Part shown: positions 38,058 through 47,470 of the stretch, one piece after another | Position numbering within the stretch: the first letter of the stretch is position 1 | How the letters are laid out: every line of letters starts with the position of its first letter | Origin: Candidatus Latescibacterota bacterium | GTDB taxonomy: Bacteria; Latescibacterota; UBA2968 | Assembly: GCA_965222605.1 (NCBI GenBank) | Contig: OZ244960.1 | Location: forward strand, 5,472,001-5,536,000 | Direction of reading: 5' to 3' | DNA: 64,000 nucleotides | The notes under the pieces: generated by a model | Database searches by the model: none | Told to the model about the DNA's origin: nothing | What the model saw: the letters and a program-made list of their open reading frames with translations, nothing else | Position numbers and translations under genes: made by a program

Positions 38058-38900
38058 TCATTCCTTGAGATCAGCAGCGTCCTGAGCTATCCACTGTTCC
38101 CAACTCACTTCATCTGGTTGCATAAATCCACTATTGGCTCGCCGAAATACATTCTCATCTTCTCCCAATAGGCGCAGCAGCCGACGATTTCCAGTCGCTC
38201 GGGCTCGCGCTTTAACAGCTTCAGAAATCGGCCCTGAATAATTGGCTCTGTGTTTGAGCCAGGAATGATTCATCGTTAAAAAGAAAAGATACCGATAGTC
38301 CTTTGAATAATTGGCTGTTCCCGAGTGTACGATAGCATTATGGAACACTGCGACATCTCCGGCTTTGGGATAAACAATGACCTCGTCGGGATGGGGTTGT
38401 TTTCTTTCTTCTGGCGTTAAAGACATGGCTTTCATGTGAGAACCTGGAATAATTCGCAGTGGGCCAATTTCGTCATCGAGATCCTGTAAATAGCTCAGGG
38501 CATTGAAGAGTAAGGGTCTATGGTAGATGCCTTCCTGAGGAAACTCGGCAAACATGTCCCGGTGAAAACCCAGTACTGGGTTTGTGTTTGGGTCCTGTGG
38601 CGCAGTGCGGCGGTACGTGATTGATTCAAGTTGGACATGAGGTCCGACGATCATTTCGGTAAAGTCCAGGAGGCGGTTATTTGTCAAGGCAGGAAAAACG
38701 AGATCGGGTTTATGTTCTAACACATCCACAAAGGCTTGGGGGCGGCTGCCATCAGGCTTGCGCAGGCGATCACCGATTTCATCAAACGAATCTCGCATAG
38801 CTTTGACCCAGCTATCGTCCAGCATCTTTGGAAAAACTGTAAATCCAACGGTTTTGAATTCTTCTAAGTGTTCCTCGAGAGATTTGGGATTTTCTTGCAT
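38058..38900 (-). CDS. PhyH-family dioxygenase
   Basis: FHRD, GPLRIIPGSH, AGDVAVFHNAIVHSG. Confidence 0.9.
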   Translation of the reverse strand: MQENPKSLEEHLEEFKTVGFTVFPKMLDDSWVKAMRDSFDEIGDRLRKPDGSRPQAFVDVLEHKPDLVFPALTNNRLLDFTEMIVGPHVQLESITYRRTAPQDPNTNPVLGFHRDMFAEFPQEGIYHRPLLFNALSYLQDLDDEIGPLRIIPGSHMKAMSLTPEERKQPHPDEVIVYPKAGDVAVFHNAIVHSGTANYSKDYRYLFFLTMNHSWLKHRANYSGPISEAVKARARATGNRRLLRLLGEDENVFRRANSGFMQPDEVSWEQWIAQDAADLKE

Positions 38901-38966
38901 TTCAGTCTCCTGGTACTTCAGTTTTCAATGGGTTTGTTGCTCGAATCTTCACCAGCCGGTTGCCCT

Positions 38967-40538
38967 CTAATGCGCCCCGATCACCACCAGATCACGCGGT
39001 GGTAACGGGAATGCCTGGAGCATGACTCGGTGCATCATTTCCTTCATCAGTTGTTGACGCGTCTGTTGGTACGCTGGATCATGCACGACGTTGACGAACT
39101 CGTCGGGATCTTTGGTGAGATCGAAGAGTTCTTCCCCTTCATCGCGCCCCGGCGTGACCGAGTACCGGAATTCACGGTTTCGCAACGTTTCTTTCCAAGG
39201 GTATTTCATAGCCCCCTCACGGAAGGGCGACTCGCACAGGCCGCCGAACGACTCGGAGAATGACGACTGCCTCCAGCCCGAAACCTGATCTCCCTTACAC
39301 AGAGGCATCAGGGAACGACCCGCACATATCGGATGGTCATCGGCTACCCCGCGTCTCGACAGGGGCCTCGGGTGATGTTCCAGAAGTGTTTCGTGCATAT
39401 CTAACACAGTCGGACAGATGTCTTCGTGCTGCACGATGTGGTCGCAAGTGCTGCCCTGCTTCAGGCCTGGTCCAGCGACAATCAGCGGAATGCGGATGAC
39501 GGCGTCATAGTGTCTGGCTGATTTGCCGCCCAGATTGTGATCCATGAGCATCTCACCGTGATCGGACACGAAGACGAAGTAGCTGTTCTCCATCCTGCCG
39601 GTCTGTTCAAGACGCTCCAGGATGCGGCTGATCTGTTCATCGAGGTGGATGAAATCAGCGAAGTAGAGCTTGCGGTAGTAGCGCCAGTTCGGTATCCGGT
39701 CAGGCCCATCCCAATGCTCCGTGTCGTAACCAACAGGGTCAGGGATGAGATCTTCGTTGACCATCTCAAGGAATCGTGCAGGCGGATGAAACGGGGGATG
39801 GGGCTGCACATAGCTGATGTGGGTGTAGAGAGGTTGATCGGCGGGCGTCTCGTTGATGAAGTCCAGGGCATGTTCCGTGATCCAGTTGGTTTGCGAGATC
39901 TCTTCCGGGAAGGGGAGGGGGTAGTAGCCTTCGGTGCGGGTTTTCAGGCCTCCGTCATCCCCTTTAGACCATGCCATTTTCTCCTTTGCCCGGCGCATCC
40001 TTTCGGTCAGGTTGACCCTCCGCTCGCCATACGAATCGTAATAAGGCAACTGAGAATTCCAGTTCGCCGGGGTTGCCATGATCGCATCATAGTGCTCGGG
40101 GTGCTCTTTCTCAATCCAGTCGTGCCACTCGCCGGTCCGGTTGTCCTCGGTGTTGTGGACCACATCCCAGCCGTACTCCCGGTAGTCCGGGTACGGGTAG
40201 TATTCTGAGTCAAAGGGATAGAAGTGGATCTTGCCAAACGCGCCGGTTCGCCACCCGGCCGTCTGCAATGTCTTCATGAAGGTGGGGATGTCGGGATTGA
40301 GCCGGTAGCCATTGGAGAGCAAACCGTGGCCTCGGCTGGTCAGACCCGTGGCTATGCCCGCCCGGGCAGGACAGCAGACCGGGTTGTTGGAAAACGCATT
40401 GGTGAAGGTCACGCCCATGCTCTGGAGGCGTTTCAGATTCGGCAGGTCGCAGATGCCGTTCATGGCCGCTTCCAGCCACTTTGCCCCCATCTGATCGACC
40501 ATAAGGAAGATGACGTTGGGTTTGTTCTTTGCGTTCAT
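38967..40538 (-). CDS. Formylglycine sulfatase (choline-sulfatase-like)
   Basis: KPNVIFLMVDQ, CCPARAGIATG, FGKIH, PHPP, SDHGE. Confidence 0.92.
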   Translation of the reverse strand: MNAKNKPNVIFLMVDQMGAKWLEAAMNGICDLPNLKRLQSMGVTFTNAFSNNPVCCPARAGIATGLTSRGHGLLSNGYRLNPDIPTFMKTLQTAGWRTGAFGKIHFYPFDSEYYPYPDYREYGWDVVHNTEDNRTGEWHDWIEKEHPEHYDAIMATPANWNSQLPYYDSYGERRVNLTERMRRAKEKMAWSKGDDGGLKTRTEGYYPLPFPEEISQTNWITEHALDFINETPADQPLYTHISYVQPHPPFHPPARFLEMVNEDLIPDPVGYDTEHWDGPDRIPNWRYYRKLYFADFIHLDEQISRILERLEQTGRMENSYFVFVSDHGEMLMDHNLGGKSARHYDAVIRIPLIVAGPGLKQGSTCDHIVQHEDICPTVLDMHETLLEHHPRPLSRRGVADDHPICAGRSLMPLCKGDQVSGWRQSSFSESFGGLCESPFREGAMKYPWKETLRNREFRYSVTPGRDEGEELFDLTKDPDEFVNVVHDPAYQQTRQQLMKEMMHRVMLQAFPLPPRDLVVIGAH

Positions 40539-40566
40539 GAATAAGGCTCTCTTTTGCAAATGATTT

Positions 40567-42204
40567 TTAGTGAATGCCAAACAAAAACAGATCCCGGGGC
40601 GGTAGGGGATAATCCTGGCGGATAATCTGTTCCATCAGGCGGTCTTTCAGTTCGCGGCGTAAAGCGGCCTGCTCCGGATCGTTGACAAGATTCTTCTGCT
40701 CGTCCGGATCTGCCTCGAGATCGAATAGCTGCTCGCCGTGTCCATCGGGATAAAACGTGTAACGATATTTGGATGTGCGTACGGTGCGCGCCCAGGCTCC
40801 CAGGGTCCCTGGACCGAAACATGGAAAAGATTCAACATACGCCTCCTCCCGCCAATCGTCCAGGACTCGTCCACGGCAGAGGTCAACCAATGACCTTCCT
40901 GTAATTGCTGGCGAACTGTCGAACGAGCCAGTGCGAAAATTGCGAAAGCGCACGTGAGGCAGGGGCACGCCGGTCATTTCGAGAATGGTGGGACAGATGT
41001 CTTCCAACTGCGCAATTTCCCGGCACACGGCGTTCTTCTGCAGGCCGGGGCCGGCAATGATCAGTGGCACCCGGATGCCGCCGTCGTAGTGGCGCTCCTG
41101 TTTTTGCCAGAAGCCGTGATCGCCGAGAAATTCACCGTGATCAGACGTGAAGATGATGTACGTGTTGTCCTGACGCCCGGAGTCCTCCAGGGCTTTCCTG
41201 ACCCGACCGAGTTGTTCGTCCAGGTGGGTAATGTCGGCAAAGTAGCAATGACGCTCGTAGCTGAGATCCGTCGTCAGGCTGGATGGCCGACCGTCTGAAT
41301 CGAGTACAGCAGCCAAATCTTTCATCCAGGCTGGTCGGTCGTCGCTCTCGCCGTGCAACACCCGCGCCATTTTCCGAAAATATTCGGGCGCGTCAGCATC
41401 GTTGAGCCATTCCGCCGGGACCGGGGCGGGGATTTTCTCCGGCTCAACGCGGTCCATGAATTCGGCTGGTGGACAAAACGGGCCATGGGGCGCCACATAG
41501 CTGATATGGGCAAAGAAAGACTGATCCGCACCGGTGTCGCGGATGAAATCCAGCGCCCTTGCGGTTATCCAGGATGACTGCGACACTTCCTCGGGAAACG
41601 GCAGCGTATAGGCCTTGCGAGAGTTCTTGGGCCACGCTTCGGTGGCGCGTGGGAAACGCTTTTGAGCGGCGCGTATGGCCGGTCTCAGATCGATACCGCC
41701 GTATTTGTCGAAACCCGGAACGTCGCGCCATGCCGTTGAAAGGGCCGCTTCGTAATGTTCAGGATGCGCCTCTTTGACCCAGTCGAGCCACTCGCCGGCG
41801 CGGTCATCCTCTGTGCCGTGTACGACATCGAAGCCATAGGGACGGTAGTCGTGCCTGAGGCTTTCGTGATGCGGCCTGAGGTGCAGCTTTCCAAAGGCAC
41901 CCGTCCGCCACCCTTTCCGCTGCAGCGCTTGCATGAAGGTCGGGATGGATGGATTGAGCGCGTACCCGTTCATGATCAAACCATGTGCTCTCGAACAGAG
42001 CCCGGTGGCAATCGTTGCCCGGGTAGGTGAGCATACCGGATTGCTGGAGAATGTCCGGGTAAAGGACGTGCCGTTTTCACGCAGCCAGTCCAGGTTCGGC
42101 AGGGCACAGATTCCTTTGTCCCGAGCCACTTCGAGCCACTTGGCCGACAACTGGTCAACCATAAAAAGGATAACGTTGGGTTTATTTGGAATTTTGCGTT
42201 CCAT
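40567..42204 (-). CDS. Formylglycine sulfatase, paralog of the adjacent gene
   Basis: KPNVILFMVDQ, CSPTRATIATG, FGKLH, SDHGE. The C-terminus PLPPRDL..GxH is shared with 38967-40538. Confidence 0.92.
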   Translation of the reverse strand: MERKIPNKPNVILFMVDQLSAKWLEVARDKGICALPNLDWLRENGTSFTRTFSSNPVCSPTRATIATGLCSRAHGLIMNGYALNPSIPTFMQALQRKGWRTGAFGKLHLRPHHESLRHDYRPYGFDVVHGTEDDRAGEWLDWVKEAHPEHYEAALSTAWRDVPGFDKYGGIDLRPAIRAAQKRFPRATEAWPKNSRKAYTLPFPEEVSQSSWITARALDFIRDTGADQSFFAHISYVAPHGPFCPPAEFMDRVEPEKIPAPVPAEWLNDADAPEYFRKMARVLHGESDDRPAWMKDLAAVLDSDGRPSSLTTDLSYERHCYFADITHLDEQLGRVRKALEDSGRQDNTYIIFTSDHGEFLGDHGFWQKQERHYDGGIRVPLIIAGPGLQKNAVCREIAQLEDICPTILEMTGVPLPHVRFRNFRTGSFDSSPAITGRSLVDLCRGRVLDDWREEAYVESFPCFGPGTLGAWARTVRTSKYRYTFYPDGHGEQLFDLEADPDEQKNLVNDPEQAALRRELKDRLMEQIIRQDYPLPPRDLFLFGIH

Positions 42205-42223
42205 TAAAAATCCTCAATAATTA

Positions 42224-43180
42224 CTACTTATATTTGGGTCCCTTATAAGGTTGGCCGATAGGGAATCGGTGCGGTTCAAGGTGCGGACGAAACGGTACCA
42301 TATCGGCGATCTCCTTAAGCCCGGAGAGTATCTCTGGTGGAAGAGGTCCTTTTTCAGCAGCTGCCACATTTTGTTCGACTTCCTCTATAGATCCTGTCCC
42401 CATGAGAACGGTGGAGACGTTGGGATTGGAAATTACCCAGCGCAGAGCGACTTCTGCAAGTGGTAATCCGATTTCATCCACAAAAGCGTAGAGTTTTTTG
42501 AACTGCTCCAGACGTGGCGGACTCAGCCATCGTGCGCCATTTTCCAGTTCCGGGATGTCGCGACGGGCCAGAAGACCCTTGAAAAAGGCTGCACCTATGA
42601 CAATTCCCATATTCTGTTTCTTAGCTTCAGGCAATCCAGAAATAGCGAATTCCTGCCGGACCAGATTGTAATTACCCGCTGCCAGAACCACATCGTAGTT
42701 ACCTGTGGCCATGATGTGTGTAAGTTCATAGGAACTGGTGCCAGCCAGCCCTGTGAATTTGATTATTTTTTCCTCTTTAAGTTCCTCCAGGACTTCACAC
42801 ACAGGTCCATGGAAATTGTCATAGTCAGTCCACCAATCGAATATTGAGGGATGGTCAGGTTCATGGATTTGCAGAATATCAATACTGTTGCGCTTAAGTA
42901 ATCGGAGGCTCTCATCAACTGACCGACGTAGCATATCTTTATCTTGTGCGTCAAATGGTTTGGGCCTTCCTCCGAGCTTAGTGGCTATGTAATATGATTG
43001 ACTCGCCCCCTCCAGACCGATCCCTATATTTTCCTCACTATTTCCGTAGCCGGGAGCCGTGTCAACATAGTTTACGCCCAGTTCCAGCGCGCGCCGCACA
43101 GTCTCTGACTTTGCTCCAACCCCTCCCATACCGAGAACAGTGACTTCAAATCCCGTGCGTCCAAGAATTCGTTTCTCCAC
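42224..43180 (-). CDS. Aldo/keto reductase
   Basis: KRILGRTG, VDTAPGYG, IATK, SLRLL..IDILQIH. AGGAG RBS then GTG start. Confidence 0.92.
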   Translation of the reverse strand: MEKRILGRTGFEVTVLGMGGVGAKSETVRRALELGVNYVDTAPGYGNSEENIGIGLEGASQSYYIATKLGGRPKPFDAQDKDMLRRSVDESLRLLKRNSIDILQIHEPDHPSIFDWWTDYDNFHGPVCEVLEELKEEKIIKFTGLAGTSSYELTHIMATGNYDVVLAAGNYNLVRQEFAISGLPEAKKQNMGIVIGAAFFKGLLARRDIPELENGARWLSPPRLEQFKKLYAFVDEIGLPLAEVALRWVISNPNVSTVLMGTGSIEEVEQNVAAAEKGPLPPEILSGLKEIADMVPFRPHLEPHRFPIGQPYKGPKYK

Positions 43181-43315
43181 AGAGCTCTCCTATTCAGTTT
43201 TCTACCCCCTGATGCGCTGTTTGAGCTTTTTAGTCGATAATCTTTGTTCCCACAGTCATTTTATTAATCAAATCCCAATTCCACTGAATAAGGGTTCATA
43301 CTTATTTGGCAGAAA

Positions 43316-44662
43316 TCAGGATTGGAAAATCGTCCCGGGCCACGGGTAAGCGTTGGATCCAGCCTCATCATCGATGGGGCCTTCCGGCAGTGTGGCTTGC
43401 CAATCCATGACCTGCTCTGACATCTGCTTGACCAAGGCCTCTTCAAATTTGGCGTGATTGACGAGTTCCATCGGGTCTGCAGGAATGTTGTAAAGCTCGA
43501 CACGACTTCTGTCCGGGTTGAGAAGCAGCTTCCAGTCACCCTCGCGGATTGAAAGGATCGGGCTTTTGTGAAGGCAATGGCCGTGAACCCGAAATCGCCA
43601 CTCCCACATCAACGGCGTCGTGCGATCTACCGAGTTACCTCGAAAGGCGGCTGTCATATCCTCGCCCTGCAGACCAATGTTGTCGGGAATATCTACGCCA
43701 GCGATGGAACAAAAAGTAGGCAACAGGTCTATGGCACATAAGGGCGTCGTGTTGTCAACTTTGCCTTTTGGTCCGCCACTGCTTGGCCACCGAAGAATGA
43801 AAGGGGTTCGCACACCGCCTTCGTAGAGGCTTCTTTTTCGACCTCGAAAGGGACCAGAAGAACCGACGCCACTGTGTGACGCATTTCGAACGTGGATATC
43901 CTCAGGGCCGTTGTCAGCTGAGAAGATGACAATCGTGTTGTCGGAAAGGCCCAGTTGATCCAGCCGATCCATGAGCCGTCCAATGTGGTAATCTGCGTTG
44001 GTAACGACAGAATAGTAGATGCGTAGTGCACCTTTGTGTTTGTCTTCCAGGCCTTGAGCGGTAAAATTCATATAGGGTTCCATCTGCTCCTCTGTAGGAT
44101 CCAGAGTGGCGTGGGTGTCAAGCAACCACGCTTGAACAAAGAAAGGCTCATCCTGATGTCTTTCGATGAAGGATATGGTTTCATCTATAATTACCTCTGT
44201 AGACTGAGATCTGCCTTCGGGAATCTCAATGGCGGGTCCGACCGCATTGAATGTTTTGGATTCGTCAATCCCATAAGCCGTGGTATCGGGTGCTTCTTCG
44301 CCCCTTCCCAGGTGCCACTTGCCAAAGTGTCCAACAGCATAGGCACTTTGTTGCAGGAGACCCGTGATGGTTGTTGCATCGGGATCCAACCAGTCTGGCA
44401 TGCCGCGTTGGTCGTTCAGCTCATGACTGGCAAAATGGCCATGTATGCCCCAGTGGGCAGGAAATCGACCCGTCATGACCGCTGCCCGGCTGGGTGAGCA
44501 CACACCCGAGCAAACATAGAATTGTGAGAAGAGAATGCCCTGCGAAGCGAGCCGATCCAGATTTGGCGTTTTTACAAACTGGTGGCCGTAGCAACTCAAG
44601 TCACCCCACCCCCAATCGTCGGCGAAGACAAATACGATATTGGGTCTTTTCGATTCAGCCAT
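43316..44662 (-). CDS. Formylglycine sulfatase (N-acetylgalactosamine-6-sulfatase-like)
   Basis: RPNIVFVFADD, CSPSRAAVMTG, GKWHLG, ADNGP, YEGGVRTP. Confidence 0.93.
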   Translation of the reverse strand: MAESKRPNIVFVFADDWGWGDLSCYGHQFVKTPNLDRLASQGILFSQFYVCSGVCSPSRAAVMTGRFPAHWGIHGHFASHELNDQRGMPDWLDPDATTITGLLQQSAYAVGHFGKWHLGRGEEAPDTTAYGIDESKTFNAVGPAIEIPEGRSQSTEVIIDETISFIERHQDEPFFVQAWLLDTHATLDPTEEQMEPYMNFTAQGLEDKHKGALRIYYSVVTNADYHIGRLMDRLDQLGLSDNTIVIFSADNGPEDIHVRNASHSGVGSSGPFRGRKRSLYEGGVRTPFILRWPSSGGPKGKVDNTTPLCAIDLLPTFCSIAGVDIPDNIGLQGEDMTAAFRGNSVDRTTPLMWEWRFRVHGHCLHKSPILSIREGDWKLLLNPDRSRVELYNIPADPMELVNHAKFEEALVKQMSEQVMDWQATLPEGPIDDEAGSNAYPWPGTIFQS

Positions 44663-44706
44663 TGCGGTTCTCCTTCAGGTTGTAGGGACCAGGCAGAGTC
44701 TTAACC

Positions 44707-44796
44707 TTATGCTGATTTTCCGGGCGGGCAGATCGTGTCTATCTTGTCCAGGGTGACTTTATCGAGGTCGCCATCAGCGGCAGCCGCATTCTGTTT
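44707..44796 (-). pseudogene. C-terminal 29 codons of an aldo/keto reductase closely related to 37040-37990
   Basis: KQNAAAADGDLDKVTLDKIDTICPPGKSA* versus KQNAAAADGELDKATLDKIDTICPPGKTG. The DNA shares GGGCAGATCGTGTCTATCTTGTCCAGGGTG. Confidence 0.9.
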
Positions 44797-44803
44797 TCAC
44801 CTG

Positions 44804-45652
44804 CTATGATTTTTCCCGACGCGGCGTCACTCGCCAGTCGGTTCGCAGTTTGGCAACGCGATCGGCTGGCGGCTGCATGAAGCGCTTGACCCTTTCACTG
44901 GCTTTCGCTTGCAACTCAGGCCCGACCAGTTCCCAGGCATTGTAGAACAGCCGGTCGCCGTTTGGTACGATGCGGATGTTCAGGGTGCGCCGGGGCTCGC
45001 GAGTCTGATTTACGCCTGCGCAATGCAGGCCCCCCGCATTTACAATCAGTAAATCACCCGGATCACCAGTAGTCTGGATCTTGTTGCTGTCTGAATCCGG
45101 CTCGGGATCCATCATTTCGGGTTCATCGGCTTTAAAACAATGTGTGCGCGGAATCAACCGGGTGCCGCCATTTTCCGCTGAATAGCCGTCAAGCATAAAG
45201 AAGAACCACAGGCCGTTGTGCTTGCCTTCGTCCGTGAGGCCGGGCCTGAAGTCGCGATGGAAACGTCCCTGCCGCGCTTCGGGGTGATAGCGTACGGTGT
45301 TGGCAACAAGATCTAAAAAATGGTAAGTACCCAGAGCACGTTCGCAGATCCTGTGAACGGTGTCATGGTCGAGCAGATCCATGGCTGTTTTACCCCACAT
45401 GAAACAGGCGCGGGCGTTCGGATTGATTGTGAAGTTGCGTTTCCCATTTCCGTCGAGAATGCGCACTTCAGGCAACTTCATCCCCCCTCGCCACTCGGCG
45501 ATATAATCATCCGCAGCACGCTGGGCGATATCCCGAAGAGGGGCGAGATACCCGGGGGCGATTTGCTCCCGCAGGATGACATAACCGTTTTCTTGCAGAT
45601 CGGCTACGCGTGAGTCCAATTCTTCGCCGCTCATTGGATGGACTGGTTGCAT
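44804..45652 (-). CDS. PhyH-family dioxygenase
   Basis: ENGYVIL, FHRD, ENGGTRLIPRTH, GDLLIVNAGGLHCAGVN. Confidence 0.9.
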   Translation of the reverse strand: MQPVHPMSGEELDSRVADLQENGYVILREQIAPGYLAPLRDIAQRAADDYIAEWRGGMKLPEVRILDGNGKRNFTINPNARACFMWGKTAMDLLDHDTVHRICERALGTYHFLDLVANTVRYHPEARQGRFHRDFRPGLTDEGKHNGLWFFFMLDGYSAENGGTRLIPRTHCFKADEPEMMDPEPDSDSNKIQTTGDPGDLLIVNAGGLHCAGVNQTREPRRTLNIRIVPNGDRLFYNAWELVGPELQAKASERVKRFMQPPADRVAKLRTDWRVTPRREKS

Positions 45653-45682
45653 AGGTTGACTCCTTATTGTTCGTCTACGCCC

Positions 45683-45880
45683 CTACGGTGCCAAGGCTTT
45701 CAGGTAGGTGGTGCCTTGCGTGTCGGCGTGTGCCTGGACCCAATCAGATAGTCGGTTTCGGTGATCCGTTAGGATCTGAATGAATTCAGGATCATTGGCG
45801 AGGTTCTTTGTTTCAGTGGGATCCGAAACCATATCGACAAGCATTTCTTCCGACGTGCCATCGTAGTGGAAGATTGAAGT
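45683..45880 (-). pseudogene. Sulfatase C-terminal stub
   Basis: EEMLVDMVSDPTETKNLANDPEF...HRNRLSDW matches the ELYDLxxDPxExxNLA sulfatase tail. No N-terminal part. Confidence 0.75.
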
Positions 45881-45893
45881 TACGTTCAAGATG

Positions 45894-47366
45894 TCAACGA
45901 GGGTCGCCAGCTTCAATTGTTCGTTCCAGCAGCCTGCTGCGCATTGCTTCTTCCCGATCTCGATAATCCGGGTTTCCTGCCAGATTCACCAGTTCGCCCG
46001 GGTCGTTCTGCAAGTCGTAAAGTTCAGAACGATCATTCACATAATGTGCGTATTTCCACTTCTCGTTTCGAACCATGCGACCCCGAGAAAGGAAGAACGT
46101 TCCCGACTCAACCAGCGGCAATTCAGGTACGGGTTCAGTCCGACTTATGCCGGCTTTCAGCGCGTCCAGTTCTGCTTCTGGTCCTCCCTCTGGCAATGGC
46201 TGACGGCTGCCAACTTCCGCATAGGTACAGTCTCTTTCTGGAGCCATACCCGACATCATTTCGGTCACACTTCTACCCTGAACACCCGGCGGGATCGAGA
46301 TTCCGCTACTCTGGAGTAATGTAGGCATCAAGTCGATTTGCTCAATTTGCAGTGCGTTTGTTGCACTATCCCGTGCATGTTCCAAACCCCTTACGATCAA
46401 TGGGACCTGGACAATGCAGTCGTAGAATGCAGCTGTTTTCCGAATGAGTCCGTGTTCGCCCAGGTACTCACCGTGGTCACCTGTGGCAACAATGATAGTG
46501 TCGTCCCAACGACCAAGCGCTTTTAGTCCATCAAAGAATTTGCCCAAGCATTCATCCAGGTGCCTAAGCATGCCATAGTAATACGCCATTGTCTGCCGCA
46601 GCTGCTCGTCATCCATGAGATGCAGCCACCCGCCGTGATAGTAGACTTGCTGAACGAATGGTTTTGAGTCCAATTCACCCTCAGGTCTATGTGGGAGAAG
46701 CATGTCCTCTGGTCTGTACATCGTGGCAAAAGGTTCGGGAGCCCGATAGGGCGGATGAACATCGGAAAAGCTCAACCACACAAACGAAGGCTCGTCACCC
46801 TTCCGTTCAAGATAATCGAGGGCCTGATTCACGTTGGCTCTTGCTGGAGATTCAGCAGGATCGAAAGGGTAGGTTCCGCCATACCAGATTGGGTTTGGGT
46901 GATCTCCCCAACGGAAACGTCTTGTTTGTGATTCGAACACGGATGGGTCGATGGGTATTGCAGGCCCAGGAAATGGCTTCCCATAGGCTTCTCGCTGCTT
47001 TTGCCGAAGTGGTGACTCTTCAATACACGCTTCAAATCCTGCAGTTTTGGCATCTGGAAAACAGTGGTTTTTCCCAAATAGGCCACAGCCGACACCAGCA
47101 TCTTTCAAGAGCCCTGGAAGATGAAACCCTTCCTTTTCTTGCATCAACAGCGTGTTGTCTCTGGAACCTGTAACGCTGGGATAACGACCCGTGAAAAATG
47201 CGACCCGCGATGCGACGCAGAGCGGAGAAGGTACGGTGCAGTTTTCAAACCTGATGGCTTCGCTGGCAAAGCTATCCAGATGAGGTGTCGCTCCGACGGG
47301 ATTGCCATAGCATCCTAATGCGCGAGCGGCAAGATGCTCAATGGTGATTACGACAATGTTTTTCAT
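45894..47366 (-). CDS. Sulfatase-like hydrolase with variant motifs
   Basis: MKNIVVITIEHL, CVASRVAFFTG, FGKNH, HPPY, GDHGE, ELYDLQNDPGE. The true start is ATG 47366, abutting the IS. Confidence 0.88.
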   Translation of the reverse strand: MKNIVVITIEHLAARALGCYGNPVGATPHLDSFASEAIRFENCTVPSPLCVASRVAFFTGRYPSVTGSRDNTLLMQEKEGFHLPGLLKDAGVGCGLFGKNHCFPDAKTAGFEACIEESPLRQKQREAYGKPFPGPAIPIDPSVFESQTRRFRWGDHPNPIWYGGTYPFDPAESPARANVNQALDYLERKGDEPSFVWLSFSDVHPPYRAPEPFATMYRPEDMLLPHRPEGELDSKPFVQQVYYHGGWLHLMDDEQLRQTMAYYYGMLRHLDECLGKFFDGLKALGRWDDTIIVATGDHGEYLGEHGLIRKTAAFYDCIVQVPLIVRGLEHARDSATNALQIEQIDLMPTLLQSSGISIPPGVQGRSVTEMMSGMAPERDCTYAEVGSRQPLPEGGPEAELDALKAGISRTEPVPELPLVESGTFFLSRGRMVRNEKWKYAHYVNDRSELYDLQNDPGELVNLAGNPDYRDREEAMRSRLLERTIEAGDPR

Positions 47367-47434
47367 TTTACCTCCGGAAACCACGTCCTTTGGGACGTGA
47401 TCAGAGAAAATGGGCTTTGCCGTAAAAGTTGATG

Positions 47435-47463
47435 TTGACAAACCATTTCATACTGATTACATC
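47435..47463 (+). promoter_or_regulatory. tnpB promoter, probably leaderless
   Basis: TTGACA-17 nt-TACATC-7 nt-ATG, the same geometry as copy 1. Confidence 0.55.
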
Positions 47464-47470
47464 TATCAAC

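Noticed and set aside
47367-47441. N-terminal extension of the sulfatase ORF to 47441
   Set aside because: It lies within the IS left end. The family start MKNIVVI is at 47366.
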